This document shows positions 28,638 to 38,508 of a stretch of DNA of 64,000 nt, one piece after another. A program made the position numbers and the translations under genes. This stretch comes from Pseudomonadota bacterium (GTDB lineage: Bacteria; Pseudomonadota; Gammaproteobacteria; Nevskiales; Nevskiaceae). How positions within the stretch are numbered: position 1 is the first letter of the stretch; the number at the start of each line of letters is the position of its first letter. The notes below the pieces were generated by a model. The model had not been told where the DNA came from and made no database searches. It saw nothing but the letters and a program-made list of their open reading frames with translations. Location: contig JAZKHC010000026.1 in NCBI GenBank assembly GCA_040385605.1, positions 5,680 to 69,679 on the forward strand, written 5' to 3'.

Positions 28638-30263
28638 ATGCCTGTTATCGAATCCAAGATCGACCTCAATAGCGACAGTTTCAAGGCCAACCGCGAGGGC
28701 ATGCTCAAGTTCGTCGCCGACTGGCGCGCGATCGAGCAGAAAGGCCGCGACGAGGAAGAAGCCAAGCGCGCGCGCTTCCACAAGCGCAACCAGCTGCTGC
28801 CGCGCGAACGGGTGCACCTGATGCTCGACCGCGGCTCGCCATGGCTGGAGTTCAGCACCCTCTGCGGCTACAAGCTGCACGACGACAAGGATGGCTCGCT
28901 GGCGGGCGGCAACATGATTGCCGGCATTGGCTATGTCAGCGGCATGCGCTGCTTCGTGGTGGCGTCGAACAGCGCCATCAAGGGCGGCACCATGACGCCC
29001 TGGGGTGTGCAGAAGACGCTGCGCCTGCAAGAGATCGCGCTTCAGCAGAAGCTGCCGGTGGTCTCGATGATCGAGTCCGGTGGTGCCAACCTGCTGTATC
29101 AAGCCGAGCTGTTCATCCCCGGCGGCAAGACCTTTGCCAACCAGTGCCGCCTTTCCGCCGCAGGCATCCCGCAAGTGACGGTGGTGCATGGCTCGTCCAC
29201 CGCAGGCGGCGCCTACATGCCGGGTCTCTCCGACTACGTCGTAATGGTGCGCAAGAACGCGAAGGTGTTCCTGGCCGGGCCGCCGCTGCTCAAGGCGGCA
29301 ACCGGCGAGATCGCACTCGACGAAGACCTGGGCGGTGCCGACATGCACTGCTCGGTGGCTGGCACGGCTGAGTTTCTGGCACAGAACGATGGCGACGCCA
29401 TCCGCATCGCCCGCGAGATCGTCAAGAACATCAACTGGAACCAGCAGAAGCCGCGCCTCGAACTCTTGCCCGTGCGCGCGCCGCTCTACGGCGTGGAGGA
29501 AATTTGCGGCGTGATGCCGCCGGACTACAAGAAGCCTGTCGACTGCCGCGAAATCATCGCGCGCCTCGTCGATGGCAGCGAGTTCCTTGACTACAAATCC
29601 GAATACGACCAGCAGACCATCTGCGGCCGCGCGGTGATTCAGGGCCACCAGATCGGCATCATCAGCAACAATGGCCCGATCACCGTCAAGGGCGCGACCA
29701 AGGCCGGCCAGTTCATTCAGCAGTGCTGCCAATCCAACACGCCGATTGTCTATCTGATGAACACCACCGGCTACATGGTGGGCACCGAAAGCGAGCAGGC
29801 GGGCATCGTCAAGCACGGCAGCAAGATGATCCAGGCCGTGGCCAACGCCACCGTGCCGCAGATCACCATCGTCATGGGCGGCTCGTTCGGTGCCGGCAAC
29901 TACGGCATGTGCGGCCGCGGTTTTGGCCCGCACTTCATCTTTGCCTGGCCCAACTCGCGCACCAGTGTGATGGGCGGTGAGCAGGCGGCCAAGGTGATGA
30001 CCGTCATCACCCGCGCCAAGCTCGAAGGCGAGGGCAAGCCGACGAGTGAGGAAGACGAAAAGCGACTTGCGATTGTTGAGAGCAATATCGTCAAGCAGTT
30101 CGACCGCGAGTCGCACGCCTTTGCCGCCACCGCACGCCTGTTCGACGATGGCCTCATCGACCCGCGCGATACTCGCAAGGTGCTCGGCCTTTGTCTCTCT
30201 GTCAGCCGCGAAGCGAAAGCTCGTCAAACCTATCCCAACAGTTTTGGCGTGGCGCGTCTGTAA
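28638..30263 (+). CDS. atuC: Acyl-CoA carboxylase beta subunit (geranyl-CoA carboxylase AtuC-like)
   Basis: LLPRERV, ESGGANL, STAGGAYMPGLSD, FLAGPPL, GSFGAGNYGMCGR; atuD/E/F-like neighbours. Confidence 0.82.
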   Translation: MPVIESKIDLNSDSFKANREGMLKFVADWRAIEQKGRDEEEAKRARFHKRNQLLPRERVHLMLDRGSPWLEFSTLCGYKLHDDKDGSLAGGNMIAGIGYVSGMRCFVVASNSAIKGGTMTPWGVQKTLRLQEIALQQKLPVVSMIESGGANLLYQAELFIPGGKTFANQCRLSAAGIPQVTVVHGSSTAGGAYMPGLSDYVVMVRKNAKVFLAGPPLLKAATGEIALDEDLGGADMHCSVAGTAEFLAQNDGDAIRIAREIVKNINWNQQKPRLELLPVRAPLYGVEEICGVMPPDYKKPVDCREIIARLVDGSEFLDYKSEYDQQTICGRAVIQGHQIGIISNNGPITVKGATKAGQFIQQCCQSNTPIVYLMNTTGYMVGTESEQAGIVKHGSKMIQAVANATVPQITIVMGGSFGAGNYGMCGRGFGPHFIFAWPNSRTSVMGGEQAAKVMTVITRAKLEGEGKPTSEEDEKRLAIVESNIVKQFDRESHAFAATARLFDDGLIDPRDTRKVLGLCLSVSREAKARQTYPNSFGVARL

Positions 30264-30285
30264 GCGCACCGTCGAGGAAATCACC

Positions 30286-31449
30286 ATGCAATACACCGCA
30301 GAACACCAGAGCCTTTTCGACACTACCAGGCGCTATGTCGAAGAGCAGATCAACCCGCACACCGCCGCTTGGGAGAAGGACGGCATGTGGCCCGCCCATC
30401 AAGTGCTGAAAGGCATGGGCGACTTGGGATTACTCGGTATTGCCAAGCCGGAAGCAGTTGGTGGACTGGGCCTCGACTACAGCTATCAGATCGCCTTCGC
30501 CGAAGCACTCGGCCACTGCAATGTCGGCGGCATCCCGATGGCGATTGGCGTGCAGACCGATATGTGCACGCCCGCACTCGCGCGCTACGGCAACGACCAT
30601 CTGAAAGAGAATTTCCTCAAGCCCTCCATCACCGGTGAACTGGTCGGTGCGATTGGTGTGAGCGAGCCGGGGGCGGGCAGCGATGTCGCGGGCATCAAGA
30701 CCACGGCCGTGCGGGATGGCGGCGACTACGTCATCAACGGCAGCAAGATGTGGATCACCAACGGCACTCAGGCCGATTGGGTGTGCCTGCTCTGCAATAC
30801 AGGAGAAGTGGAAGGTGGTGGCAGGCACGGCAACAAGAGCCTGATCGTCGTGCCGCTCGATGCCAAGGGCGTGGATCGCAAGACCAAGCTCGACAAGCTG
30901 GGCCAGCGCAGCAGCGATACCGCGATCATGTTCTTCGACAACGTGCGGGTGCCTGCTAAAAACCTTGTGGGCGCCGAGGGTCGCGGCTTCATCTACCAGA
31001 TGGAGCAGTTCCAGGAAGAGCGCCTGTTTCTAGCTGCCAGCATCATCGTCGCCATGGAAAAGTGTGTGAGCGAAACGGCCACCTACACGCGCCAGCGCAA
31101 GGCTTTTGGCGGCTCGATCCTCGACAACCAGGTGGTGCAGTTCAAGCTCGCGCAGATGCAGACCGAACTTGAAGGCCTGCGCGCGCTCACCTATCGCGCC
31201 GTCGAGCTGATGCTCAAGGGCGAGGATGTGACGCTGCTGGCCTCGATGGCGAAACTGAAGGCAGGCCAGCTTGGCCGCGAGGTGCCGGATGCCTGCCTCC
31301 AATACTGGGGCGGGCAGGGCTTCATGTGGGAGAACTACGTCAGCCAGATGTACCGCGACCTGCGCCTGCACGCCATCGGCGGCGGTGCCGACGAGGTAAT
31401 GCTTGGCATCATCAGCAAGCGGCTGGGCTACGGAAAAAAGAAGGCTTGA
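30286..31449 (+). CDS. atuD: Acyl-CoA dehydrogenase (citronellyl-CoA dehydrogenase AtuD-like)
   Basis: IGVQTDMCTPAL, SEPGAGSDVA, KMWITNGTQAD, IGGGADEVML. Confidence 0.82.
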   Translation: MQYTAEHQSLFDTTRRYVEEQINPHTAAWEKDGMWPAHQVLKGMGDLGLLGIAKPEAVGGLGLDYSYQIAFAEALGHCNVGGIPMAIGVQTDMCTPALARYGNDHLKENFLKPSITGELVGAIGVSEPGAGSDVAGIKTTAVRDGGDYVINGSKMWITNGTQADWVCLLCNTGEVEGGGRHGNKSLIVVPLDAKGVDRKTKLDKLGQRSSDTAIMFFDNVRVPAKNLVGAEGRGFIYQMEQFQEERLFLAASIIVAMEKCVSETATYTRQRKAFGGSILDNQVVQFKLAQMQTELEGLRALTYRAVELMLKGEDVTLLASMAKLKAGQLGREVPDACLQYWGGQGFMWENYVSQMYRDLRLHAIGGGADEVMLGIISKRLGYGKKKA

Positions 31450-31454
31450 GTCGC

Positions 31455-32270
31455 ATGACCTTGCTGGAAACCAAAACCCTGCTGACCTGCTTCGAGGCTG
31501 GCGTGCTGCACGTCACCTTCAATCGCCCCGAGTCGCGCAACTCGATGTCACCGGAGATGCTGGCGGATATCGAGGCCGTGTTCGCGGCAGTGCGCAGTGA
31601 CCGCGCGGTGCGCGCCGTGGTGCTGCGCGGCGCGGGCGGGCACTTTTGTTCGGGGGCTGATCTCAAGTCAATGCTCGCAGGTGGCATGAAGCCGCCGGCA
31701 CCTGGCGAGCCGGACGCCATTGCCAACATGAATCGCGGCTTCGGCACCATGCTGCGCAGCGTGCAGAACGCGCCGCAGGTGGTGATCGCCGTCTGCGAAG
31801 GCGCGGTGCTGGGGGGCGGTTTTGGGCTGGCCTGCGTCAGCGACATTGGATTTGCCCACGCGGATGCGAAGTTCGGCCTGCCCGAAACCACGCGCGGCCT
31901 GCCGCCCGCGCAGATCGCGCCCTTCGTGGTCGAGCGCATCGGCCTGACTCAGGCCCGCAGACTCGCGCTCACGGGTGCGCAGTTTCGCGGGGCGGAAGCA
32001 CTGCGCCTCGGCCTGGTGCACGAGAGCTTTGCGAGTGAAGAAGAACTGCAGGCCAAGCTCGCCGAGGCGATCCAGAAAATATTGAACTGCGCACCCGAAG
32101 CCAACGCCGTGACCAAAACCATCCTGCTGCAAGCAGGCAAGTTGGACATGGACTTGGTGCTCGACGATGCCGCTGCCAAATTCGCGGCCTGCGCGCGCGG
32201 GCCTGAAGCGCCGGAAGGCATCACCGCCTTCGTTCAGAAACGCGCACCAAAATGGGCGAACCCCACATGA
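31455..32270 (+). CDS. atuE: Enoyl-CoA hydratase (isohexenylglutaconyl-CoA hydratase AtuE-like)
   Basis: GGHFCSGADL, LGGGFGLACVSD, FGLPETTRGLPPAQIAPFV. Confidence 0.8.
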   Translation: MTLLETKTLLTCFEAGVLHVTFNRPESRNSMSPEMLADIEAVFAAVRSDRAVRAVVLRGAGGHFCSGADLKSMLAGGMKPPAPGEPDAIANMNRGFGTMLRSVQNAPQVVIAVCEGAVLGGGFGLACVSDIGFAHADAKFGLPETTRGLPPAQIAPFVVERIGLTQARRLALTGAQFRGAEALRLGLVHESFASEEELQAKLAEAIQKILNCAPEANAVTKTILLQAGKLDMDLVLDDAAAKFAACARGPEAPEGITAFVQKRAPKWANPT

Positions 32271-32287
32271 ATCATCAGGAGTTCACC

Positions 32288-32641
32288 ATGCTTCAACATT
32301 GCCCCCTAGTCGCTTTGTCAGTTGTGCTTGCTGCCGCGCTCACCGCCTGCGTCAGCGCACCTGCCATCAGCACGGCGCCAAAGTCCGAAACCGTGAGCTA
32401 CCGCTGTGCAGGCGATGTCGATATCACCGTCATTTATTCAGGCCGTGCGACGGGGCTGGAAGGCAGCGCGGAGCTGGTGTGGGAAGGTCACAGCTTCCCG
32501 CTCAAACAGGAAGTCAGCGGCAGCGGTGCGCGCTACACCGATGGCACTTTGACGCTCTCGGAAAAAGGTGATGAGGTCTTCGTCGAAAAGACAGGCGAGA
32601 TGGTGCTGAAAGACTGCAACGCCAAACGCATCACATCCTAA
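32288..32641 (+). CDS. mliC: MliC/PliC-family c-type lysozyme inhibitor lipoprotein
   Basis: Lipobox ALTAC, YRC ... SGSGARY ... KGDE, two cysteines. Confidence 0.82.
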   Translation: MLQHCPLVALSVVLAAALTACVSAPAISTAPKSETVSYRCAGDVDITVIYSGRATGLEGSAELVWEGHSFPLKQEVSGSGARYTDGTLTLSEKGDEVFVEKTGEMVLKDCNAKRITS

Positions 32642-32666
32642 AAATAAGTTGAGGAGCAACACCCGC

Positions 32667-34664
32667 ATGGCCCAGAGATTCAATAAGGTATTGGTGGCGA
32701 ATCGCGGCGAGATCGCGCTGCGCGTGATTCGCGGGGCCAAGAAGCTCGGCTACAAGACCGTCGCCGTCTATGCCGATGCCGATGCCAACACGCTGCCGGT
32801 GCGCGAGGCCGATGAGGCGGTGCATATCGGTGCCTCGCCAGCGAAAGAAAGCTACCTCGTCATCGACAAGATCATTGCGGCGGCCAAGACCAGTGGCGCT
32901 GCGGCGATCCACCCCGGCTACGGGTTTTTGAGCGAGCGCGCCGAGTTCGCGCAGGCTGTTGCTGACGCGGGCTTGATCTTCATCGGTCCCGATGCGCATT
33001 CCATCGACAAGATGGGCAACAAGTCGGCGTCGAAGATTCGGATGATTGCCGCTGGTGTGCCCTGCATGCCGGGTTATCAGGGTGACGACCAGACCGACGA
33101 GACGCTGGTGGCCGAGGCGATCAAGGCCGGGTTGCCGGTGATGGTGAAGGCGGCCGCTGGCGGCGGTGGCCGCGGCATGAGGCTGGTGTTTGAAGAGAAG
33201 GATTTGCTCGCTGCCGTGCAGTCCGCGCGCAGCGAGGCGAGCAATGCTTTCGGCAGCGGCCAGCTGCTGATCGAGAAGGCGGTGATGAACGCACGCCATG
33301 TCGAGATTCAGGTGTTTGGCGATCGTCACGGCAACGTCGTCCACTTTGGTGAGCGCGATTGCTCGGTGCAACGCCGTAACCAGAAAGTGGTGGAAGAAGC
33401 GCCATCGCCAGCGGTGGACGATGCACTGCGGCTGAAGATGGGTGCTGCCGCCGTTGCTGCCGCCAAGGCCGTGCAATACGTCGGCGCGGGCACTGTCGAG
33501 TTCATGCTGGCGAAGGATGGTGCGTTCTATTTCCTCGAAATGAACACGCGTTTGCAGGTCGAGCATCCGGTGACAGAGCTGGTCTACGGCGTCGATCTGG
33601 TCGAGTGGCAGCTGCGCGTGGCGCAGGGTGAAAAGCTGCCGCTATCGCAGGACGAAATCCTCGACAAGCGCTTCGGTCACGCGATCGAAGTACGCCTGTG
33701 CGCCGAAGACCCGCTCGACAACTACCTGCCGCATACCGGCCCGGTGCTGCGCTGGGCGGCACCGACGGGTGAGGGTGTGCGGGTTGATACCTACATGGAG
33801 ACGGGCGCCAGCGTCAGCCCGTTCTACGACTCGATGCAGGCCAAGGTCATCGCCTGGGGCGAAGACCGCGAGACCGCGCGCCAGCGTCTGCTGAAAGCAC
33901 TCGACGAGACTCGCTTTTTAGGCCTGGTCAGCAACAAGGACTACCTGCACGCCATCCTCTCGCACGACGCTTTCTCAGGCGGTGATTTCAGCACTGGCTT
34001 CATCGGCGAATACTTTCCGCAGGAGACCATCAACGCGGCCAAACCGAGCGCAAAGCAGATCGTGCTCGCGGCGGTTGCACTCTATCTAGACGATGCAAGC
34101 CAATTGCGCGAGGCACATCAGATCGACCCCGAAATGATCGGCTGGCACAGCTCGCACGAGACCGGCATCGACTTCAAGCTCAAGTGCCGCACCACCGAGA
34201 CCGACCTTGAATTGCTCGCCCACGACGGCCATCTGTTCACGGCCTCGATCGGCGAGACCAGGGTAGTCATTGACGTGAAGCGCCACGACGCGCAGGGTTT
34301 TGCCTATCTCGCCGACGGCGTGCAGGGCAAGGCACAGCTTGCTCGCAACGGCGACGCGCTGTGGCTCGAAGCCGAAGGCCAGACCTGGTGCTTCATCGAC
34401 CGTACGCTGGCACCCGTCGAAGGCCCCGCAGCGGGCAGCGATGGCCGGCTGCTGGCGCACAGCGACGGCAAGGTGGTGGCCGTGCATGTGAAGCCGGGCG
34501 ATGTGGTCGAAAAGGGCCAGACGCTCGCCGTGCTGGAGGCGATGAAGATGGAGTTCCAGCTCTCGCTGCCGGTGGGCGGCGTGGTGGAGTCCGTCGGTGT
34601 GGCAGCTGGCACGCAGGTGCGCAACAAGACGCTGCTGGTGCAGGTGAAGCCTGCACCTCAATGA
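32667..34664 (+). CDS. atuF: Biotin carboxylase/BCCP alpha subunit (geranyl-CoA carboxylase AtuF-like)
   Basis: VANRGEIA, HPGYGFLSE, GGGGRGMR, EMNTRLQVEHPVTE, biotin motif EAMKME. Confidence 0.85.
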   Translation: MAQRFNKVLVANRGEIALRVIRGAKKLGYKTVAVYADADANTLPVREADEAVHIGASPAKESYLVIDKIIAAAKTSGAAAIHPGYGFLSERAEFAQAVADAGLIFIGPDAHSIDKMGNKSASKIRMIAAGVPCMPGYQGDDQTDETLVAEAIKAGLPVMVKAAAGGGGRGMRLVFEEKDLLAAVQSARSEASNAFGSGQLLIEKAVMNARHVEIQVFGDRHGNVVHFGERDCSVQRRNQKVVEEAPSPAVDDALRLKMGAAAVAAAKAVQYVGAGTVEFMLAKDGAFYFLEMNTRLQVEHPVTELVYGVDLVEWQLRVAQGEKLPLSQDEILDKRFGHAIEVRLCAEDPLDNYLPHTGPVLRWAAPTGEGVRVDTYMETGASVSPFYDSMQAKVIAWGEDRETARQRLLKALDETRFLGLVSNKDYLHAILSHDAFSGGDFSTGFIGEYFPQETINAAKPSAKQIVLAAVALYLDDASQLREAHQIDPEMIGWHSSHETGIDFKLKCRTTETDLELLAHDGHLFTASIGETRVVIDVKRHDAQGFAYLADGVQGKAQLARNGDALWLEAEGQTWCFIDRTLAPVEGPAAGSDGRLLAHSDGKVVAVHVKPGDVVEKGQTLAVLEAMKMEFQLSLPVGGVVESVGVAAGTQVRNKTLLVQVKPAPQ

Positions 34665-34697
34665 TCCTCAGCAGGTGAAGCCAGTCGCCAAAACGGG

Positions 34698-35615
34698 CTA
34701 GCGCAGGTCTTCGATCACCACCGCGGACAGCGCGCCCAAATCAGGCTGCCGCGCCCAGTCGCGGTGGTTGAACACTTGCCCATCGGCACGCACGGCGGCG
34801 AGCTTCGCGGGGTCGATGTCGGCGATGAGGCACTGCGGCTGGTTCCATTCGCCGACTGCCAGCACGCCATCGTCCGGCAGGCCACGATCGGGCGGCGTGT
34901 AGATACCGGCTCTGCCGACGTTCACATCGACACATGCGCTCCACGGGGCTTCACCCACCAGCGGCGCCTGCACCACCACGCATTGATTCTCCAAGGCGCG
35001 CGCCTGCGCGCCCACGCGCACGCGCCAGTAGCCGGCGGTGGTGTCGGTGCAGCTTGGCGCGAGGATGATCTGTGCGCCGGCCTCCACTTGCGCGCGGGCC
35101 AGCAGGGGGAACTCCACGTCGTAGCAGATGTTGATGGCGATGCGACCCAGCGCGGTGTCGAACACCTTGAGTGTGTCGCCCGCGCTGATACCCCACAGCT
35201 CGGTCTCGAAGCGTGTCATTGTCCACTTGTCCTGCCATCCGCTCCTGCCATTGGGCGCAAACAGCTGCGCGCGATTACGGTAGATCGGTGCGGCATTCGC
35301 ATCGCTGATCTGCACCGGAAAGCTGCCTGCGAGGATGTGCAGCCGGTAGTCGCGGGCGAGACGCGCGTGCAGCGCCAGCCACTCGCCGTGCAGGCTCTGG
35401 ATGGCGCGCAGCTCCGTCCGCAAATGACCCTTGATGTTGTTGGGGAATACCCCTGCCAGTGACATCGCTGCGTATTCGGGAAACACGAGCAGCTGGGAGT
35501 CTTGATCGGCGGCGTGCGAGACGAACTGCTTGAGCGTGCGCTCCACCTCGGCCCAGTCCTGCGGCTCAAATACCGGAAACTGCGCAGCAGCAATACGGAG
35601 CAGGGGTGCGCTCAC
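34698..35615 (-). CDS. Carbon-nitrogen hydrolase (nitrilase superfamily)
   Basis: Catalytic triad VFPEY / QDK / ICYDVEFP. Confidence 0.9.
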   Translation of the reverse strand: MSAPLLRIAAAQFPVFEPQDWAEVERTLKQFVSHAADQDSQLLVFPEYAAMSLAGVFPNNIKGHLRTELRAIQSLHGEWLALHARLARDYRLHILAGSFPVQISDANAAPIYRNRAQLFAPNGRSGWQDKWTMTRFETELWGISAGDTLKVFDTALGRIAINICYDVEFPLLARAQVEAGAQIILAPSCTDTTAGYWRVRVGAQARALENQCVVVQAPLVGEAPWSACVDVNVGRAGIYTPPDRGLPDDGVLAVGEWNQPQCLIADIDPAKLAAVRADGQVFNHRDWARQPDLGALSAVVIEDLR

Positions 35616-36202
35616 AGGTCGCGCAGCCAGTAGGTAAGGGTGTGTGGCGTGGGTGCAGGCTCGCCACGATCCAGCCAGTCAAACGTGCATTGCAAGGCCG
35701 GTTGGCGGGCGTAGCCGCGCCGAGTCCAGAAGGCGTCGTTGGGTGTGTAGTCGGCCGGCTTGAGCGGGTGTGATGCGGGGCGATCCACAGCGCAGAAGGC
35801 GCAGCGCCTTAGGCCCAAGGCAAGAGCGTGCGCCTCGCGCAGCTCGAAAAAAGCCACGCCAATCCCGCGCCCGCGATGGCTGGCGAGCACCACCGATTCG
35901 CCGAAGTAAAGCGTGTTGCTGGTTTCGAGTGCGGCCTCCTCGAAGGGCGTGCGCATGGAGGCCTCGGCGTTGCGCATGGGCAAGGCCGTGGTGGCGCCCA
36001 CACACTGCGCGTCATCCCAGGCCAGCACCGCGATGCTGTCGCTACAGCTTGCATAGGTTTCGAGATACCGCTGTTCGTAGTCTAGAGTGCCGTCGTAGAG
36101 GTAGGGCCAGTCGCGGAACACCGTCAGACGCAGCGTAGCTAGCACTTCAAGCTGCTCTCGAATAGCTGCGCCTTTGAGGGGTTGGTAGCGAATGTCTCTC
36201 AC
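35612..36202 (-). CDS. GNAT-family N-acetyltransferase
   Basis: VFRDWPYLYDG, YFGESVVLASHRGRGIG, FWTRRGY. Confidence 0.85.
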   Translation of the reverse strand: MRDIRYQPLKGAAIREQLEVLATLRLTVFRDWPYLYDGTLDYEQRYLETYASCSDSIAVLAWDDAQCVGATTALPMRNAEASMRTPFEEAALETSNTLYFGESVVLASHRGRGIGVAFFELREAHALALGLRRCAFCAVDRPASHPLKPADYTPNDAFWTRRGYARQPALQCTFDWLDRGEPAPTPHTLTYWLRDL

Positions 36203-36212
36203 CGGTCTCGCC

Positions 36213-36620
36213 TCAAGCGCTTACCTGTTTCAACCAATCCTGCAAGTTGTAGTAGTTGCTGATGCGCGCGACCTTGCCATCCCGAACATCGAAGAAGGCA
36301 CCGGCCGGCAGCGTGTACTTCTGCCCCGTTGCAGGCGGCAAACCCTCATCAGTTTTGAGGTATTCGCCCAGTACCGTGAACTCCGCAGCGGCACGGCTGC
36401 CGTCCTCGCTCGCAAACACAGTGATGTCCACGATCTGTTCGCGGTAGCTGCTGTTCATGCGCTGCATGAACGCGGCGAAGGTGTCTCGCCCGAGCTCGCG
36501 CCCACTCTGGTTGATGTCGTGTGCCACGTCGTCGGTCAGCAGCGATAAAAACCCGGCCATGTCGCCGGTATTGAAGGCGGCGTAATAGCGGCGGATGAGG
36601 GCAGCGGTGGCGGCTTGCAT
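36213..36620 (-). CDS. SnoaL/NTF2-like (ketosteroid-isomerase-related) protein
   Basis: YYAAFNTGD, DVAHDINQ, AAEFTVLGEY, ISNYYN. Confidence 0.85.
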   Translation of the reverse strand: MQAATAALIRRYYAAFNTGDMAGFLSLLTDDVAHDINQSGRELGRDTFAAFMQRMNSSYREQIVDITVFASEDGSRAAAEFTVLGEYLKTDEGLPPATGQKYTLPAGAFFDVRDGKVARISNYYNLQDWLKQVSA

Positions 36621-36673
36621 GAGTGGCTCGGTTTTGAGTGGTCGAGTGAGGAAACTGAGAATGAAAGCGCAAC

Positions 36674-36707
36674 AAAAAACCCGGCAGATGTTGCCATCTG
36701 CCGGGTT
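36674..36707 (-). terminator. Intrinsic terminator of the OmpA-family gene
   Basis: 13-bp perfect stem AACCCGGCAGATG/CATCTGCCGGGTT with an adjacent A-run. Confidence 0.85.
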
Positions 36708-36737
36708 CGATTCGCCATCAGCGAGTGGTGTGCAAGG

Positions 36738-38249
36738 TCAGTTGGTGACCTTGAACTCCACGCGACGATTGTTGTCACGGCCTGCTTCGGTCGCGTTGGT
36801 GTCGATCGGCACACTCTCGCCGAAGCCAACCGGCTTCAGGTTGGGCGCCACCGCACCACGATCCGCCAGGAACTTCTTCACGACGTTGGCACGGCGTTCG
36901 GAGAGACCCTGGTTGTAGGCGTCGGAACCTACGTCATCCGTGTGACCTTCGACATCGACCTTCACCGTCGGGTAGCTCTTCAGCGTCTCGGCCACGTCGG
37001 CGAGAATCTTCTCGGACGGCTTGGTAAGACGGTCAGAGTCGAACTCGAACTTCACGCCGCGCAGGATGAAGCGTTTGTCCAAAGCGCAGCCGTTCTTGTC
37101 CACCGCCTCGCCCGGACGCGGCTTGCGGCAGTCGCCGACCAGCGCGCAACCGTTGGGCAGAACCTTCAGGCCCGGCGGGGTGTTGGGGCATTCGTCGAGA
37201 TAGTCGGGGATGCCGTCGCCGTCACTGTCGAGCGGGCAGCCATCGGGGCCGACCGCAATGCCCTTGGGTGAATCCGGGCACTTGTCGAGGTAATCGGGGA
37301 TGCCGTCGCCGTCTGCGTCGGTGAAGGGGCAGCCGCGCTCGTCAACCTTAGTACCAGCCGGGGTGTTGGGGCACTTGTCGAGGTAGTCGGGGATGCCATC
37401 GCCGTCGCTGTCGACCGGGCAACCCGAGGCATCGACGGCCACACCACGCGGCGTGCCAGGGCATTTGTCGTTGACATCGAGAATGCCATCGCCATCGGAG
37501 TCAGCCGGGCAGCCATCCTTGTTGACGACTGTTCCCTTCGGCGTGTTGGGGCACTTGTCAAGGTAGTCCGGAACACCATCGCCATCGAGGTCGGTCGGGC
37601 AGCCATCGGAGTAGACCGTCACGCCCTTGGGCGTTCCCGGGCACTTGTCGCGGCTGTTCGGCACGCCATCGCCGTCTTCGTCGTCCGGGTCGGCGCCGAA
37701 CTTATAGCGCACGCCAGCGGTGATGGTGCCGGTGGTGAAGGTGGACTTCTGAACCGCGCCGGTCTCGGAAACGAAGTCAAGGTGGTAGCGGCCTTCAAGG
37801 CGCAGGTCGAGTGCCTGCGTGATCGGCACCATCGCGCCCGCGCCGAATGCGACGCCAGCGCCGCTCAGGCTTTCGCCGAGGAAGTCGATGGCGTGAATGT
37901 TCAGGTTCACGAGGCCGTAGGGGCGCACTGCCTTGCTGTCGGGCAGGAAGTAACCCAGCGCGCTCAAGCCGCCGGTGATGCGGCGATAGCTGTTGCCGCT
38001 GGGAAGATCCGACAACTCCTGATCCGCGAAGCCGACATCGAACTCGACGCCGAGGTTGGGTAGCAAGGTGCGCCCGATGGCGAAGCCGCCAGCGGGGCCG
38101 GCACCCGTCCCCGAGAAGATGCCACCGACGCTACCGGAGGCGTACCAGCGATCGTCAAACTGTTTTTCTTGGGCTTGCACACCCACGCCCAGGCCAGAGC
38201 CCAGGACGAGAAGTAAGGCGGTTGCAAGCAGCCGGGTCATTCGTTTCAT
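36738..38249 (-). CDS. OmpA-family outer-membrane protein with TSP type-3 (Ca-binding) repeats
   Basis: Signal peptide, beta-barrel-like N-domain, six DxDGDGxxDxxDxCP repeats, C-terminal FEFDS...VEGHTD...LSERRA...NRRVE. Confidence 0.92.
   Translation of the reverse strand: MKRMTRLLATALLLVLGSGLGVGVQAQEKQFDDRWYASGSVGGIFSGTGAGPAGGFAIGRTLLPNLGVEFDVGFADQELSDLPSGNSYRRITGGLSALGYFLPDSKAVRPYGLVNLNIHAIDFLGESLSGAGVAFGAGAMVPITQALDLRLEGRYHLDFVSETGAVQKSTFTTGTITAGVRYKFGADPDDEDGDGVPNSRDKCPGTPKGVTVYSDGCPTDLDGDGVPDYLDKCPNTPKGTVVNKDGCPADSDGDGILDVNDKCPGTPRGVAVDASGCPVDSDGDGIPDYLDKCPNTPAGTKVDERGCPFTDADGDGIPDYLDKCPDSPKGIAVGPDGCPLDSDGDGIPDYLDECPNTPPGLKVLPNGCALVGDCRKPRPGEAVDKNGCALDKRFILRGVKFEFDSDRLTKPSEKILADVAETLKSYPTVKVDVEGHTDDVGSDAYNQGLSERRANVVKKFLADRGAVAPNLKPVGFGESVPIDTNATEAGRDNNRRVEFKVTN
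37150..37685 (-). repeat. Coding tandem repeat, six units of about 90 bp (TSP3-like)
   Basis: Repeated GCCATCGCCGTC...GGGCAGCC / GGGGCACTTGTCGAGGTAGTC blocks. Confidence 0.85.
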
Positions 38250-38508
38250 TTGCTTCTTCCCTGATTGGATTCAGATAGGCAACAGCCAGAATTCTTTTAA
38301 CGTCATCACCGCGCTTCGACGATGCGCAAGCATTACAGCAAGTTTGCGCTACAAATTGTTGAGTGCGGGACTTTTCTCCAACTCCCGGTGCATTATTATT
38401 CGACTTGGTGCTGCCAGTAAACATTTTTGCTGGCGGCCCGCATTTGGCTTGTGCTAGCGTCCTTCTCAACAACACGCGTGGTTCGGAACAAGACTTTTCT
38501 GGGGATTA

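Noticed and set aside
36738-38249. Regularly spaced repeats as a CRISPR array
   Set aside because: The repeats are degenerate at third codon positions and encode TSP3 units within the OmpA ORF; there are no unique spacers or cas genes.
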